Positions 22,172 to 33,479 of a stretch of 64,000 nt of DNA are shown piece after piece. The DNA comes from Anaeramoeba ignava BMAN (Eukaryota; Protista; Anaeramoebae): contig JAPDFW010000059.1 in assembly GCA_028826165.1 (NCBI GenBank), positions 1,302,001-1,366,000 on the forward strand, written 5' to 3'. Within the stretch, counting starts at the first letter, position 1; each line of letters begins with the position of its first letter. The position numbers were made by a program, and so were the translations under genes. The notes below the pieces were generated by a model, which did not search any database, was not told where the DNA came from, and was given only the letters and a program-made list of their open reading frames with translations.

Positions 22172-24394
22172 ATGTCTAAACTTTTTGATGCTATTGAAGA
22201 AGGAAATTTTAGAAAAATTAAACGTATTTTAAAAGGAGGAGTTGATCCAAATTTTCCTGAAGTTTGTTGTTGTTTTAATTTTTTATTATTAATTTTTTAA
22301 TTTTTTAATTTTAATTTTTGCAGAAAGTAAATTAATTCCAAAAAAAAAAATAAGTTTAAAAATAAATTTATTTTGATATTTTCTTTTATTTTCTAGTTTG
22401 TAAAAATTAATTAAACAAAATTTTTTATCCGATTTTATTTTATTGAATTTTTATTAAAATGCTTTTCTAAAATTAAATGCTTTTTAGCATAATACTGCCT
22501 TACATTTAGCTTCTAAATTTAGTAATAATTATAAACTTTTTAAACTCCTTTTATCTTATGGAGCAAATGCAAACTCACAAAATGTTGAAAATTTTTTAAA
22601 TTTAGAAAATAATTTTGTTTTGAAAAGAAATTTAAACTGATTATTTGTTTTTAGGATGTAGAAAAATTCATTTTGATTCTTTTTTTTTGTGAATTGAATA
22701 TTTTATTAATCTTTCTTTTTTAGTGGGTAATTAATAAATTGTTTTTTAATTTCCTAATTTATTAATTTAATTTTTTTTTTAGCTTGATACTCCATTACAT
22801 TATCTTTGTACTTTTCAACCTAATAGAATTGATTTAATTAGATTATTTCTTAAATTTGGTGGGTGTGTAAATGCAAGAAATGTAAATGATTAAAATAAAT
22901 TTTTTTTTGTTCCACTTTTTTTAATCAAATTTTTAATTTAAAATGACTTTTTTTTAGCAAGTAAATAATTCTTTTCTTTTTTTTTTAAAATTTATTTAAA
23001 ATTTTAATTTTGAAATAGGATGTATTAATTCATTTATTTTTAGAAAATTTTTATTTTTTTGGATCTTAATTGGTTATTTTATTAATTTTAAAGATGAATA
23101 CTCCACTTCATTATGTTTGTATGTCAAAAACTACACTTGAAGTAGTAAAATTTTTAGTTTCTTCTGGAGCTCTTGTTAATGCACAAAATGTATTCTCTTT
23201 AATCAATTCCAAAAAAAATCATTTCAAAAAAAAAAAAATTAATTTTGTTAAATAGATTGTAAATAAAAATTTTCCTCAATTCCACTTTTTTTTTTGTTAA
23301 GAAATTTACAATTTTTATTGTAAATAGAAAGTAAATTATATTATTCCTATTTTTTTTATTCAGTTTTGAATTCAATTCAAACGTTTATTAGAAATATACA
23401 CCTCTTCCATTTATGTGTTTATAATTCTTCAAAAAAAGAAATTATAAGATATCTCATTTCTCAAGGAGCTAGAATTGATGCAAGAAATGTAAAAAGAAAA
23501 TGATTTAGAAAATGGTTTTTTTCAAAAATCTAAATAATCTATTATTTTAGATTGTTAGAAAATTTTTTATTTGTTTTGATCGAAATTTTTTTATTCTCAT
23601 TTGATCAAAATTAGGGAGTAAATTTTTTTCGAAAATAAGATTTTATTTATTTATTAAATAAATATAAATAAATACAAAAGGGAAAAACACCAAGTCATTT
23701 TGCATTTGATGAAAATATTAAAGATCTTCTCAAATTTTACAATAGTATCCAAGAAGATTTTAAGAAACTTTTTAAAAGATCAGAATTATGTGATCTTGTT
23801 CTCAAAATTGAAAATAAACAGATTCAAGTTCATTCAATGATATTTCAATTTCGAATACCAGAAATTCCATATCAAAAAATTGTGGGAATTTTAGAGAAAA
23901 AGAAATTGGAAGAAGCAATGAATTTTCTGAAGTTTGTTTATTATGGAAGAGTTAAAAATTTAGAGAAATTGAAATCAATGATTTATCAAGATTTGGGACT
24001 TGGGGAAAATTATATTGAAAAAAAAGAGGGAAAACAAGGATTAGTTTCTGATTTAAAAATGCTATATTTGAATGAAAAAGGACAAGATTTCAAAATATTA
24101 GTTGGAAAAGAAATTATCAAAACACATAAATTGATTCTTTTCGCAAGATCAAGATTGTTTAGAGGAATGTTTTTGAGTGTGAAAGATGATTCAAATTCAG
24201 TTCATGATTATACTCAAAAACCAAGTAAATCAATTCAACAATTTTTCAAGTTTCTTTATTTCGATGAAATTCCAAATAATATCCAAATTCGAATTGCAAA
24301 AGATTTACTTGAAATGGCTGATTTTTATCAAATTAACAAGAAATCATATTTATTTCTTCAATTAGAAGAAATACTCCAAAATAAATTAATTTAA
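22172..24394 (+). CDS. Ankyrin-repeat-BTB-BTB protein (~406 aa) encoded by 16 exons, including ten 3-nt microexons
   Basis: Large exons: 22172-22261, 22488-22583, 22783-22881, 23094-23189, 23392-23488 (one extra C) and 23681-24394. Microexons: 22324-26 AAA, 22397-99 TTT, 22655-57 GAT, 22724-26 TGG, 22958-60 CAA, 23019-21 GAT, 23256-58 ATT, 23328-30 AAA, 23551-53 ATT, 23615-17 GGA. All 15 introns are GT..AG, 56-88 nt and phase 0. The last exon is in frame with ORF 23837-24394. Confidence 0.85.
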
Positions 24395-24508
24395 ATTTAA
24401 ATTTAAAAAAGAAAAAGGAGAATAACTGATTAAAATGAGAATTTGAAATTTTTTTTTTTTGGTTTTTTGAATTTCATTTTTTTTTTGTTTTTAATAAAAG
24501 AAATTAAA

Positions 24509-26131
24509 ATGGATTTGGGAAAACAATTTGTATTTTGTTGGGGATATAATAAAGAAAAACAACTTTCACCAGAAGAAGAAAGAACAATTCAAAAACCGAA
24601 ACCTTTTGCATTTCTTAAAGACCAAGAAATAGATTTGATATTTGCAAGTGATATTGATACTTTATGTTTTTGTGGAGAAAGAATTTATCAATTTGGGAAA
24701 ACAGGAACTGATTCATTTGTAGTTCCAAATATGCAAAAAATAATTTCAGGATTATATCATTTTTCAATTCTAGATGAAAATGGAGAAATTTATTCTTGGG
24801 GAAAAGACTATTTTAGAGAAAAAATTCGTCCAGAACTTTTGCCTTTTTCCAAAAATCATAAGGCAATCGATATTGAAGGCGGAATTTATCACACATTCAT
24901 ACTTACAACAAACCGCCAACTTTTTTTAATTAAAATGGATAAGGAATATTTCATTGCATCAAATGTCAAAAGATTTTTTGGAGGAAATCACAATAATGAT
25001 ATTATTTATCAGAAAGACAATGGGAAATATTACTTGAAAATGAAGGATATTGAGGATAAAAAGCGCCAAGAAGTTTTTACTAATTTTGAAGAGAGGAAAA
25101 ATTTGACAATTGAAAAAATGGCTCGTTCAATGTCTTCAAATGTTCTTGTTACAAAAAAGAACTCAAACGGAAAAACTTGTGTGTATCAAATCAGCACAAG
25201 AGCTGCAGCTGAAGTGGAATCTGCAATTTACAGAAAACTCACAGAGTTTAAAGGGAAATCAATCAAGCAAATTGTTTGTGGTTATGGACATTTTATGGTT
25301 TTGACTGAGGAAAATCAATTGTATACTTGGGGTGAAAATCAAGACGGGCAATTAGGAAATTCAGAACGTAGATCAGTCCCGAATCCTACTTTACTTGAAT
25401 TTGAAGAATTTACTCAAAACCGGCATTTGGACTGGCGAATTCATGCTGGAAATAACAACTCTTTTCTTTATGTTTCTTCGTCAAATTCTTTTATTAAGGA
25501 AATTTATCTTTTATTCGAAAGACAAGAAGTTACCGATTTGGAAATCAAGTGTTTGGACGGTGTTTGGAATGCCCATCTTCCATTGATTCAAGTCCGTTTG
25601 TCTTCCATAAAGAATTTTGATGATTTTCTCTTTTTCTGTAAAAGAAGAACGAAAAATCAAGTCAAATTTCTTCTTGATTTTATTTACACAGGGATTTTTT
25701 CAAACGATCAAGTTTTGGAACAATTTCTCGGCGAAATGAAACTGGATCAAGATTGGATTCTCGATAAAAAATTCAGTCAAAATGTTCTTGTTGATATTGG
25801 GAAATTATATGAAGATGAAAACGGAAAAGATTTCACAATTGTCACAAAAGAAATGGAAATCAAGGCTCATAAATTTATTTTGTCTGCAAGAAGTGAATTG
25901 TTTAGAGGCATGTTTTTGAGTGTTAACGATGAATCCAATAGGGTTCAGGATTATAGCGCAAAGTCTCCAAAAGCTATTCAATCGATTATCCAATTTTTTT
26001 ATCTAAAAACACTTGATTTTTCTCTTACTGAACAAGAATTAGAAGATGTTGAGTTTTTGGTTGATTATTATCAAGTTTGTGAACAGAATATTCGTCCTAT
26101 TATTGATAAAATAAGAAGCCAAAGAAAATAG
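24509..26131 (+). CDS. Divergent RCC1-repeat + BTB-BTB protein
   Basis: CWGYN..QL, CGYGHFMVLT..QLYTWGENQDGQLG; BTB KAHKFILSARSELFRGMF. First ATG at 24509. Confidence 0.88.
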   Translation: MDLGKQFVFCWGYNKEKQLSPEEERTIQKPKPFAFLKDQEIDLIFASDIDTLCFCGERIYQFGKTGTDSFVVPNMQKIISGLYHFSILDENGEIYSWGKDYFREKIRPELLPFSKNHKAIDIEGGIYHTFILTTNRQLFLIKMDKEYFIASNVKRFFGGNHNNDIIYQKDNGKYYLKMKDIEDKKRQEVFTNFEERKNLTIEKMARSMSSNVLVTKKNSNGKTCVYQISTRAAAEVESAIYRKLTEFKGKSIKQIVCGYGHFMVLTEENQLYTWGENQDGQLGNSERRSVPNPTLLEFEEFTQNRHLDWRIHAGNNNSFLYVSSSNSFIKEIYLLFERQEVTDLEIKCLDGVWNAHLPLIQVRLSSIKNFDDFLFFCKRRTKNQVKFLLDFIYTGIFSNDQVLEQFLGEMKLDQDWILDKKFSQNVLVDIGKLYEDENGKDFTIVTKEMEIKAHKFILSARSELFRGMFLSVNDESNRVQDYSAKSPKAIQSIIQFFYLKTLDFSLTEQELEDVEFLVDYYQVCEQNIRPIIDKIRSQRK

Positions 26132-26409
26132 GGAAAAGAATAAAAATTAATATTAAAGAAAATTAAATGAAATTATATTTTTATTCCACTTTTTTAAAAT
26201 TTTTTTTTTTCAATTTAAAAATTTTTTTTTTCATTTTTTTCTTTTTCATTTTTTTTTATTTTTGTTTGAATTAAAAACAAAAAGAAAAGAAAACGTTTTT
26301 TTCTTCTTTTCATTTTAAAAATTTTGTTTTGTTTTGTTTTGTTTTGTTTGATTTTGATTTTATTTTTTTCGACAAACAAATTTGTGTTCAGTTAAATTGT
26401 AATTTAAAA

Positions 26410-27900
26410 ATGTCGAGAACTTTTACCAATACGGAAAAATTACAAAAAGATTTATTAACACTTTTTGAATTGGAAAACAATTTATTTGATTTTGAAATTA
26501 TAATTCATGAAAATGCAAAAACGGATAAAAAGACAAGTTTTTTTTGTCACAGAGCAATTCTTTCATGCAGAAGCGAATATTTCAAAGGGCTTTTCCGCTC
26601 AAATATGAAGGAATACCAAGAAGGAAAAGTTGAATTAACAGGAATTCCTATTAAAATTATGAAAGTTGTTCTTACTTATATTTACAGTGGAAATATCACA
26701 ATTACTCAAGAAAATGCGATTGAAATTTTGATTTTCGCTAAAAAATTTTGTTTTGAGGAGCTGGCTTCATTCTGCACTATTTTTATCAAAGAAAACATCA
26801 GTCTGGAAAATGTGATTGATTTACTCAATCTTTCTCATCAATTTGATTGTGATCGAGTTCATAGTTATTGTATTAATTTCATGCTGAAAAATTTCCAGAA
26901 CTTGTTTATGCATCCCGACTTCTCGCAAATCCAAGAAAAAGATCTCCAGCAAATCATACAGAGTGATAATTTGTATGTGGAGCATGAAGTCGAGCTTTTC
27001 AACTCGCTTATTAGTTGGGCTCAAGCAAATATCAATTATAATCACGATTTCCAAAAATTATCGAATGATTTGCAATCAAGTAAAATTCGCCAGAAATTAA
27101 ACGGATTAATCAATAGAATCCGTTTTTGCGAAATTCCTCACGATGAGATCAGCAAAATCCAGCGAATGAACCTTGTGGATAATCAAGTTATGAGCGATGT
27201 TCTTCTTTTCCAAAAAGCAAAACTTGAAAAAAATCACGAAAAAATTTCCGAACTCAAACAAAAGGCTCTATCGCAAAAAATCCAGATTTTCCAGAGAAGA
27301 AGTTGCTTCCGAGACAGCAGAATCGTCCACACAAAACAGCACGAAAACTACATCAAGGAATGGGTAAACAACAAGGACTTTTTCAAGAAAATCAAGTTGG
27401 GATTTTCAGGCAAAAGAGACGGTTTCGATTGCCACCAGTTCCATAAATTATGCGATAACAAGGGCCAAACCCTTGTGCTCATCCAAACAACTCAACGGTA
27501 CATCTTCGGTGGATTCAGTTCTGTTGGCTGGAATAACGACATCTCCACTTGGTCGCGTTGTAGAAAGGATTTCGATGGAAACTATTTTGGATTCATTTCG
27601 GATGAAAATGCTTTTTTATTCTCACTTAAAAATCACTTGAAAATTCCACCAGCAAAATTCCCTGTCAAAAACGGAAAGGAAGACATCGCCTTGCGTTATC
27701 ATGATAAATACGGCCCAACATTCGGACTTTATGATATTTACATCCAAGGAAATTTGAAAAATGGAAGAACAAATTTTGGTAATTCATATACTTTGCCAAA
27801 AGAAATTGAAGAAAGTCAAAGAGAAGCAACAGCCTTTTTTGCTGGATCCTTTGATAAATGGGAAATTGAGGAAATTGAGATTTTTTTCTCAAACAAATAA
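26410..27900 (+). CDS. BTB-BACK-TLDc protein
   Basis: CHRAILSCRSEYFKGLF; TLDc FSGKRDGF..FHKLCDNKGQTLVLIQT..YIFGGFS. First ATG at 26410. Confidence 0.9.
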   Translation: MSRTFTNTEKLQKDLLTLFELENNLFDFEIIIHENAKTDKKTSFFCHRAILSCRSEYFKGLFRSNMKEYQEGKVELTGIPIKIMKVVLTYIYSGNITITQENAIEILIFAKKFCFEELASFCTIFIKENISLENVIDLLNLSHQFDCDRVHSYCINFMLKNFQNLFMHPDFSQIQEKDLQQIIQSDNLYVEHEVELFNSLISWAQANINYNHDFQKLSNDLQSSKIRQKLNGLINRIRFCEIPHDEISKIQRMNLVDNQVMSDVLLFQKAKLEKNHEKISELKQKALSQKIQIFQRRSCFRDSRIVHTKQHENYIKEWVNNKDFFKKIKLGFSGKRDGFDCHQFHKLCDNKGQTLVLIQTTQRYIFGGFSSVGWNNDISTWSRCRKDFDGNYFGFISDENAFLFSLKNHLKIPPAKFPVKNGKEDIALRYHDKYGPTFGLYDIYIQGNLKNGRTNFGNSYTLPKEIEESQREATAFFAGSFDKWEIEEIEIFFSNK

Positions 27901-28020
27901 TTTTTTTTTCTTTCAAATTTGTTTTGTACACATTTTTTCTTTTTCAATTTTTCTTCCAAAGAAAAAATTTGGAAGAAAGAAGAAATTCCAAAAAAAAAAT
28001 TTGTTTTTTTCTTTTCTTAT

Positions 28021-29832
28021 TTAATTCCATTTTTTTTGAGGAATAATTTCATAATTTTTAAAGTATTCTTTTTCCAAACGAGGAATTCTTTTTGGATGCT
28101 CATTATTAAATTTGTTAATTAATAAATCAAATAAATTTGGATTTGTTTGATTTAATTGAAAATAATCAATTCCAATTTTAATTTCATTAATAATTTGTTG
28201 TGTAATTTGAATTCCATTTTTAATTTGATTTGAATAAATCCAATATTCAAATATTTCAAATGATTTATTACTTAATCCACTATAATCTGTAACTTTATTT
28301 GATTTATCTTTTGTTACAGATAAAAACATTCCTCGATATAATTCACTTCTCATTATTAATATTAATTTTGGAAATTTATATTGTTTCTGATTTCTTTCAA
28401 TTATAAAATATTTTTCATTTTCATTTAAATAAATTCTTTTCATTGTTTCTTCAATTCTTTCATTTGAATTTATAATTTCTTTAATTTCTGAATATAATTT
28501 TGGATTTATCTTTCTGTTTGAATAAATCATTTCAAATATTTGATTTGATTCTTTAATTGATTTCTTTGAAATAATTTCTTGAAGTTTTTCAATTTCAATT
28601 TCATCTTTTAATCTATATTTCAATATTAATTTATGAGCTTCAATTATTTCTCCATTTTCTGTTTTAAATGAAATATTACAAAATTCTTTTCTTTCAAATA
28701 ATTTTATTAGATCTTCTTCAAGATTGGAAAAAGAAGGTGGAGAATAATAAAGGAATGATTTGTGATCTCCACAATGGACATGATAATTGGAAATATCTTC
28801 ATTAAATCTTAATTCAGGAAGTTCAATTTGAATTGGAATTTTTTGAAAAATTGTATCTCCAGTTCCTAATTGACCTGAATCGTTACTTCCAAATCCTATT
28901 AATTTCCCTTTTTTTGTTAAAACCAAAGTATAATTAATTCCACAAGAAAAATCAAGAATATTATCATTTTCAAATAAAGATGATTTCATTTCAGTAAATT
29001 CATAAGTATCTCGATCTTTTGTATTTTGATTTCTTAAAAAAAAACCAAATGAATAAAGCGCTCTTTTTCTTCTTCTCTTTTGATCTTCAATCAACATTAT
29101 TGAATAAGCCCATCCGCATTCAATATCAATTATTTTACCTTTTGGAATATTTTGGATCTTGTTAAGTTTGTTTTTCCTTTTTTTTCTTGATTCTCCTAAT
29201 CCAAGTTGACCATATAAATTATCTCCGCATCCAAACAATTCTTCATTTGAATTCAAAAGAAAAACATGATCGCAATTATTTCCTGAAAATATTCTAGAAA
29301 CATTTTTCATCATTAAAATTGGTTTTTCTGTTCTTTTCACTTTGAAATAATTACAACCAAGTTGACCATAAAAATTTGAACCAATTCCATAAGCATTTTG
29401 ATTTGAAGTTAATAAATAAACTGATCTAGATCCAGAAACAATATCTCGAATTATTCTATCATTTGTATCTTCAATTAATGATGAAATATTGATAAATTCT
29501 TTTGGATTATTTGTATTGATATATTCTCCTTTGGCAAATACATTTCCTTCTATTGTTAAAATAGCCTCATTTTGATTACCAACAGTTACTTTTTGAATAT
29601 CTTCTTCAATTTGGATTTTTTGAGGATTTTGTTTTGAATTTAAATACTCTATTGCTTTTCCATTTTTAAAAAGGAAAATTGTTGATAAACTTGATGATGA
29701 AATTTGTTTAATTTGTTTTTCATTTTCATTCTCATTTTCAAATTTAAAGTGAATTGGTTTTGTTATTTTTTCTGGCTTTATTTTTGAAAGTTTTGGGTTT
29801 GAATTTAAACCAAAAAATATAATTTCATTCAT
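28021..29832 (-). CDS. RCC1-BTB-BTB protein, paralogue 6 (intact, 603 aa, extended C-terminus)
   Basis: Uninterrupted ORF homologous to paralogues 1-5. Confidence 0.9.
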   Translation of the reverse strand: MNEIIFFGLNSNPKLSKIKPEKITKPIHFKFENENENEKQIKQISSSSLSTIFLFKNGKAIEYLNSKQNPQKIQIEEDIQKVTVGNQNEAILTIEGNVFAKGEYINTNNPKEFINISSLIEDTNDRIIRDIVSGSRSVYLLTSNQNAYGIGSNFYGQLGCNYFKVKRTEKPILMMKNVSRIFSGNNCDHVFLLNSNEELFGCGDNLYGQLGLGESRKKRKNKLNKIQNIPKGKIIDIECGWAYSIMLIEDQKRRRKRALYSFGFFLRNQNTKDRDTYEFTEMKSSLFENDNILDFSCGINYTLVLTKKGKLIGFGSNDSGQLGTGDTIFQKIPIQIELPELRFNEDISNYHVHCGDHKSFLYYSPPSFSNLEEDLIKLFERKEFCNISFKTENGEIIEAHKLILKYRLKDEIEIEKLQEIISKKSIKESNQIFEMIYSNRKINPKLYSEIKEIINSNERIEETMKRIYLNENEKYFIIERNQKQYKFPKLILIMRSELYRGMFLSVTKDKSNKVTDYSGLSNKSFEIFEYWIYSNQIKNGIQITQQIINEIKIGIDYFQLNQTNPNLFDLLINKFNNEHPKRIPRLEKEYFKNYEIIPQKKWN

Positions 29833-29906
29833 TTTTGAAAAAGAAAAAAATGAAAAAATGATTTGGAATTTTAATTTTAATTTTAATTTTGATTTTGATT
29901 TTGATT

Positions 29907-30229
29907 TTAATTTTGATTATTAAATTTGTTAATTAATAAATCAAATAAATTTGGATTTGTTTGATTTAATTGAAAATAATCAATTCCTATTTTAATTTCA
30001 TTAATAATTTCTTGTGTAATTTGAATTTCATCTTTAATTTGATTTGAATAAATCCAATATTCAAATATTTGAAATGATTTATTACTTAATCCACTATAAT
30101 CTGTAACTTTATTAGAAGTATCTTTTGTTACAGATAAAAACATTCCTCGATATAATTCACTTCTCATTATTAATATTAATTTAGGAAATTTATATTTCTT
30201 TTCTTTCCTTTCAATTATAAAATCTTTTT
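29907..30229 (-). pseudogene. 3' fragment (second BTB only) of an RCC1-BTB paralogue; 5' part absent
   Basis: Homology (KDFIIERKEKKYKFPKLILIMRSELYRGMF...NNQN*) stops abruptly at ~30229 against AT-rich DNA. Confidence 0.8.
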
Positions 30230-30374
30230 AATTAATTTATTTCAAAAATGGAATAAAGAATATTAAATAATTAAATTTAGAATTAATTATATTTTATATA
30301 TTTTATTAATTTTTCTTTATTTAAATTAATATAAAACTATTCTCAATAATTTAATAAAATTGAGAAGAAAATTA

Positions 30375-30865
30375 AAATATTTTAATAAATATAAATATTT
30401 AATTTTAATAATATTTAATAATAATTTAATTTAAATTTATTTTATTTTAATTTGATATAATATTTTTATTTATTTAAAATTAATATTTTTAATTATTTAT
30501 TATTCAATTTTAATTATAATAAAATATATTAAAAAAGTGGAATAAATATTTTAATAAATATATATATTTAATTTTAATAATATTTAATAATAATTTAAAT
30601 TTAAAAAAATTTTATTTTAACATGATATTTTTATTTATTATATTAATATTTTTGATTATTTATTATTCCAATTTTAATTATAATAAAATATATTAAAAAG
30701 TGGAATAAATATTTTAATAAAGATATTTATTTAATTTTAATAATAATTAATAATAATTTAATTTAAATTTATTTTATTTTAATTTTAATATAATATTTTT
30801 ATTTATTATATTAATATTTTTAATTATTTATTATTCCAATTTTAATTATAATAAAAATATATTAA
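30375..30865. repeat. AT-rich tandem repeat, ~163-bp unit, ~3 copies
   Basis: Marker AAAAAGTGGAATAAATATTTTAATAAA recurs, with GTGG at 30537 and 30700. Confidence 0.75.
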
Positions 30866-31339
30866 AAATAAAATTAAAAAATTAAAAAATTTTAAATAAA
30901 TTGAATTTAACATGATTGAATAAGATAAACTTTCTAAAAAAATAATTTACTAATTATTCTATTTTTGATTTTGATTATAATTCATTAATATTTAAATATT
31001 AATTAATAATAAATTTTATTTGATTTTTTTTATTTTAATATTTTAATTAATGAATTTAAATTTAATTATTATTAATTTCTATTTTCAATTTTTATTTTTA
31101 TTTATTATATTAAAAATATTCAATTTTTAAAATTTATTATTTTTTTTTTTGGATTATTTTTTTATTAATTAAATTTTTAATAAATATTTTAAATTAAAAT
31201 TAAATTATTTAAAATTAAATTTGTTTCTTATTTATTATTTTAAAGAAATTAATTTGATTAAAAGTAAATTAAAATTGAATTAAATTTTGAAAAAAAAAAT
31301 TAAAAAAAAAAGTTTGATTTTCTTATTATTAATTAATTT

Positions 31340-33035
31340 TTAAATGAAATAAGATTCAACTTCATCAACAACCCATGAATTAAAAGAACCAGCTAAATAA
31401 CTTTTAGCTTCATTTGTATTATGAGTAATTCCATTAGGTGGATTATAACTATGACCAAAATCTGAATAACCAGGTTGTAAATTAGAACCTAAATAAAAAT
31501 CAGTTCCATTACCAAACCTTGGACCATAACTTAAATTAGAACCAATTGCATATTGAGGTTCTTTACAAGTAAACTTTGCAGGTATTCTATCTCCTTTATC
31601 ATTTCTTAATGAAAAAATAAATGCATTTGAGTCATTAATCCATCCTGCATTTCCATTAAATCCAACTTGAGTAAAACCTCCAAAAATAAAATTTTGTTTT
31701 GTTTTGATAATAACTAATGTTTTTCCTTTCCCATCAACTGCTTTATGCCAATTTTGAGAATTAAATCCATCTCTTTTTGCTGAAAATCCTTTTTTCATTT
31801 TAGAAAAAAAATCATTATCATTTATCCATTCTTGTAATTTCTTAACATATTCAATATCTTTAATAATTTGTGAATCACCAAAAATCTTTTGTAATTCCAT
31901 TTCTTGTTTCATTTTTTCAACTTCTTTCTTCCATTTCTCTTCAATTTCTTTGTTTTTATCTTCAATTTCAATTTTCATTTGTTGATTTTCCTTCTCTTTA
32001 TTTTCAATTTCTTTCTTCCATTTATCTTCAATTTCCTTCTCTTTGTTTTCAATTTCAATTTTCATTTCTTGATTTTCCTTTTCTTTCTTTTCAACTTCTT
32101 TCTTCCATTTCTCTTCAATTTCAATTTTCATTTGTTGATTTTCTTTTTGATTCTTTTCAATTTCTTTGTTTTTATCTTCAACTTCTTTCTTCCATTTCTC
32201 TTCAATTTCTTTCTCTTTATCTTCAATTTCTTTTTGATTATCTTGAATAACTTTGTTTTGAATATCAACTAAAAAAGATTTGGGAAAAAAATCAAATTGT
32301 TTTAATTTATCAAAATCTTGTTTTGAAATTGAATCTTTATCAAATAATGAAAAAAAAGAATGAAATAATCTTTTCTTTTCAATTCCCTTTTCTTTTTCTT
32401 TTTCTTTTTCTTTCTTTCCTTTTAATCTTTGATTTCTTTTTTCAATCCAATTATTTAAAAATTGAAAAAAATCAAATTGAAAAATTTCTTTTTTTTCTTG
32501 TTTAAATTGAATAAATTTGATAATTTCTTCTTTAGTTAAATTGAATAAATTCTCATTATTTTGAATTTGGGAAAAATTTTGATTTATTAATTCAAAACAT
32601 TTTATTTCAATTTCATTTGAATTTAAATTTCGATTTTGGAAAAAATTGGAAAAAATTTGAATAATTAATTGAATTTAAAATTTTTTTTTGAATAATTTCT
32701 TTCAATAAATTTAATTTAAAATAAATTGAAATTTCCAATAATTGAAAAAGATTTTCTTGATTCTCAAAAGAAATATTTCCATAATAAATATAACTCAAAA
32801 TTGATTCCATTTCTTTTTTATTAAATTGATTTAAAGAAATAGAAAGAGATTCTTGCCTTAATGATTCATTAAAAAAAGGAGATCTTGAAGATAAAATTGA
32901 TTTATGAACTTTAATTTCAAAAGGATTTGATTTATTCTCAACAAAAATTGAAAAATCTTTAAATGAATTTCCATTTAAAAGGTTTGAATAATCTTTAATT
33001 AAATTTTTTGTTACTTTTTTTTCTAAATTTTTCAT
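31340..33035 (-). CDS. BTB + coiled-coil + TLDc protein, broken by about three homopolymer frameshifts
   Basis: BTB (KVHKSILSSRSPFF) in 32613-33035, KEIEEKWKKEVE repeats, TLDc (FSAKRDGF..WHKAVDGKGKTLVIIKT) in 31340-31850. Coding-like sequence continues in shifted frames between them. Confidence 0.75.
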
Positions 33036-33479
33036 TTCATTTTCATTTTCATTTTGATTTGCATTTTCAATTTGGTTATTATTATTATTATTATTATGTT
33101 TTTGTTTTTGTTTTGTTTTTTGTTTTTGTTTATTAAAAAGGAAAAATGAAAAATTTAAAAATAAATAAAAAGTGGATTTTGAAAATAAATAAAAATATAA
33201 AAAATAAGAATAAATTTAAATTAATAATTAATTTAATTTTCTTTTTAATTTATTATTTTAAATTAATTTATTAATAAATTATTATTATTTTTTATTAATT
33301 TTTATTATTAAAAAAAAAGGAAAATTATTTTAATTTAATTTTTAATTTAATTTTTTTTTTGGAATTTAAAAATTATTAATAAATTTAAATTTTAAAACAA
33401 ATTTCCAAATTAATATTAATTCAATTTAATTCAAAAAAAAAGATAAAATTTTAATTTCAAAAAAATCAATTTTCAAAAT

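Noticed and set aside
23070-23255. 61-aa ORF as a standalone gene
   Set aside because: It is one ankyrin exon (23094-23189) plus flanking intron sequence of the microexon gene
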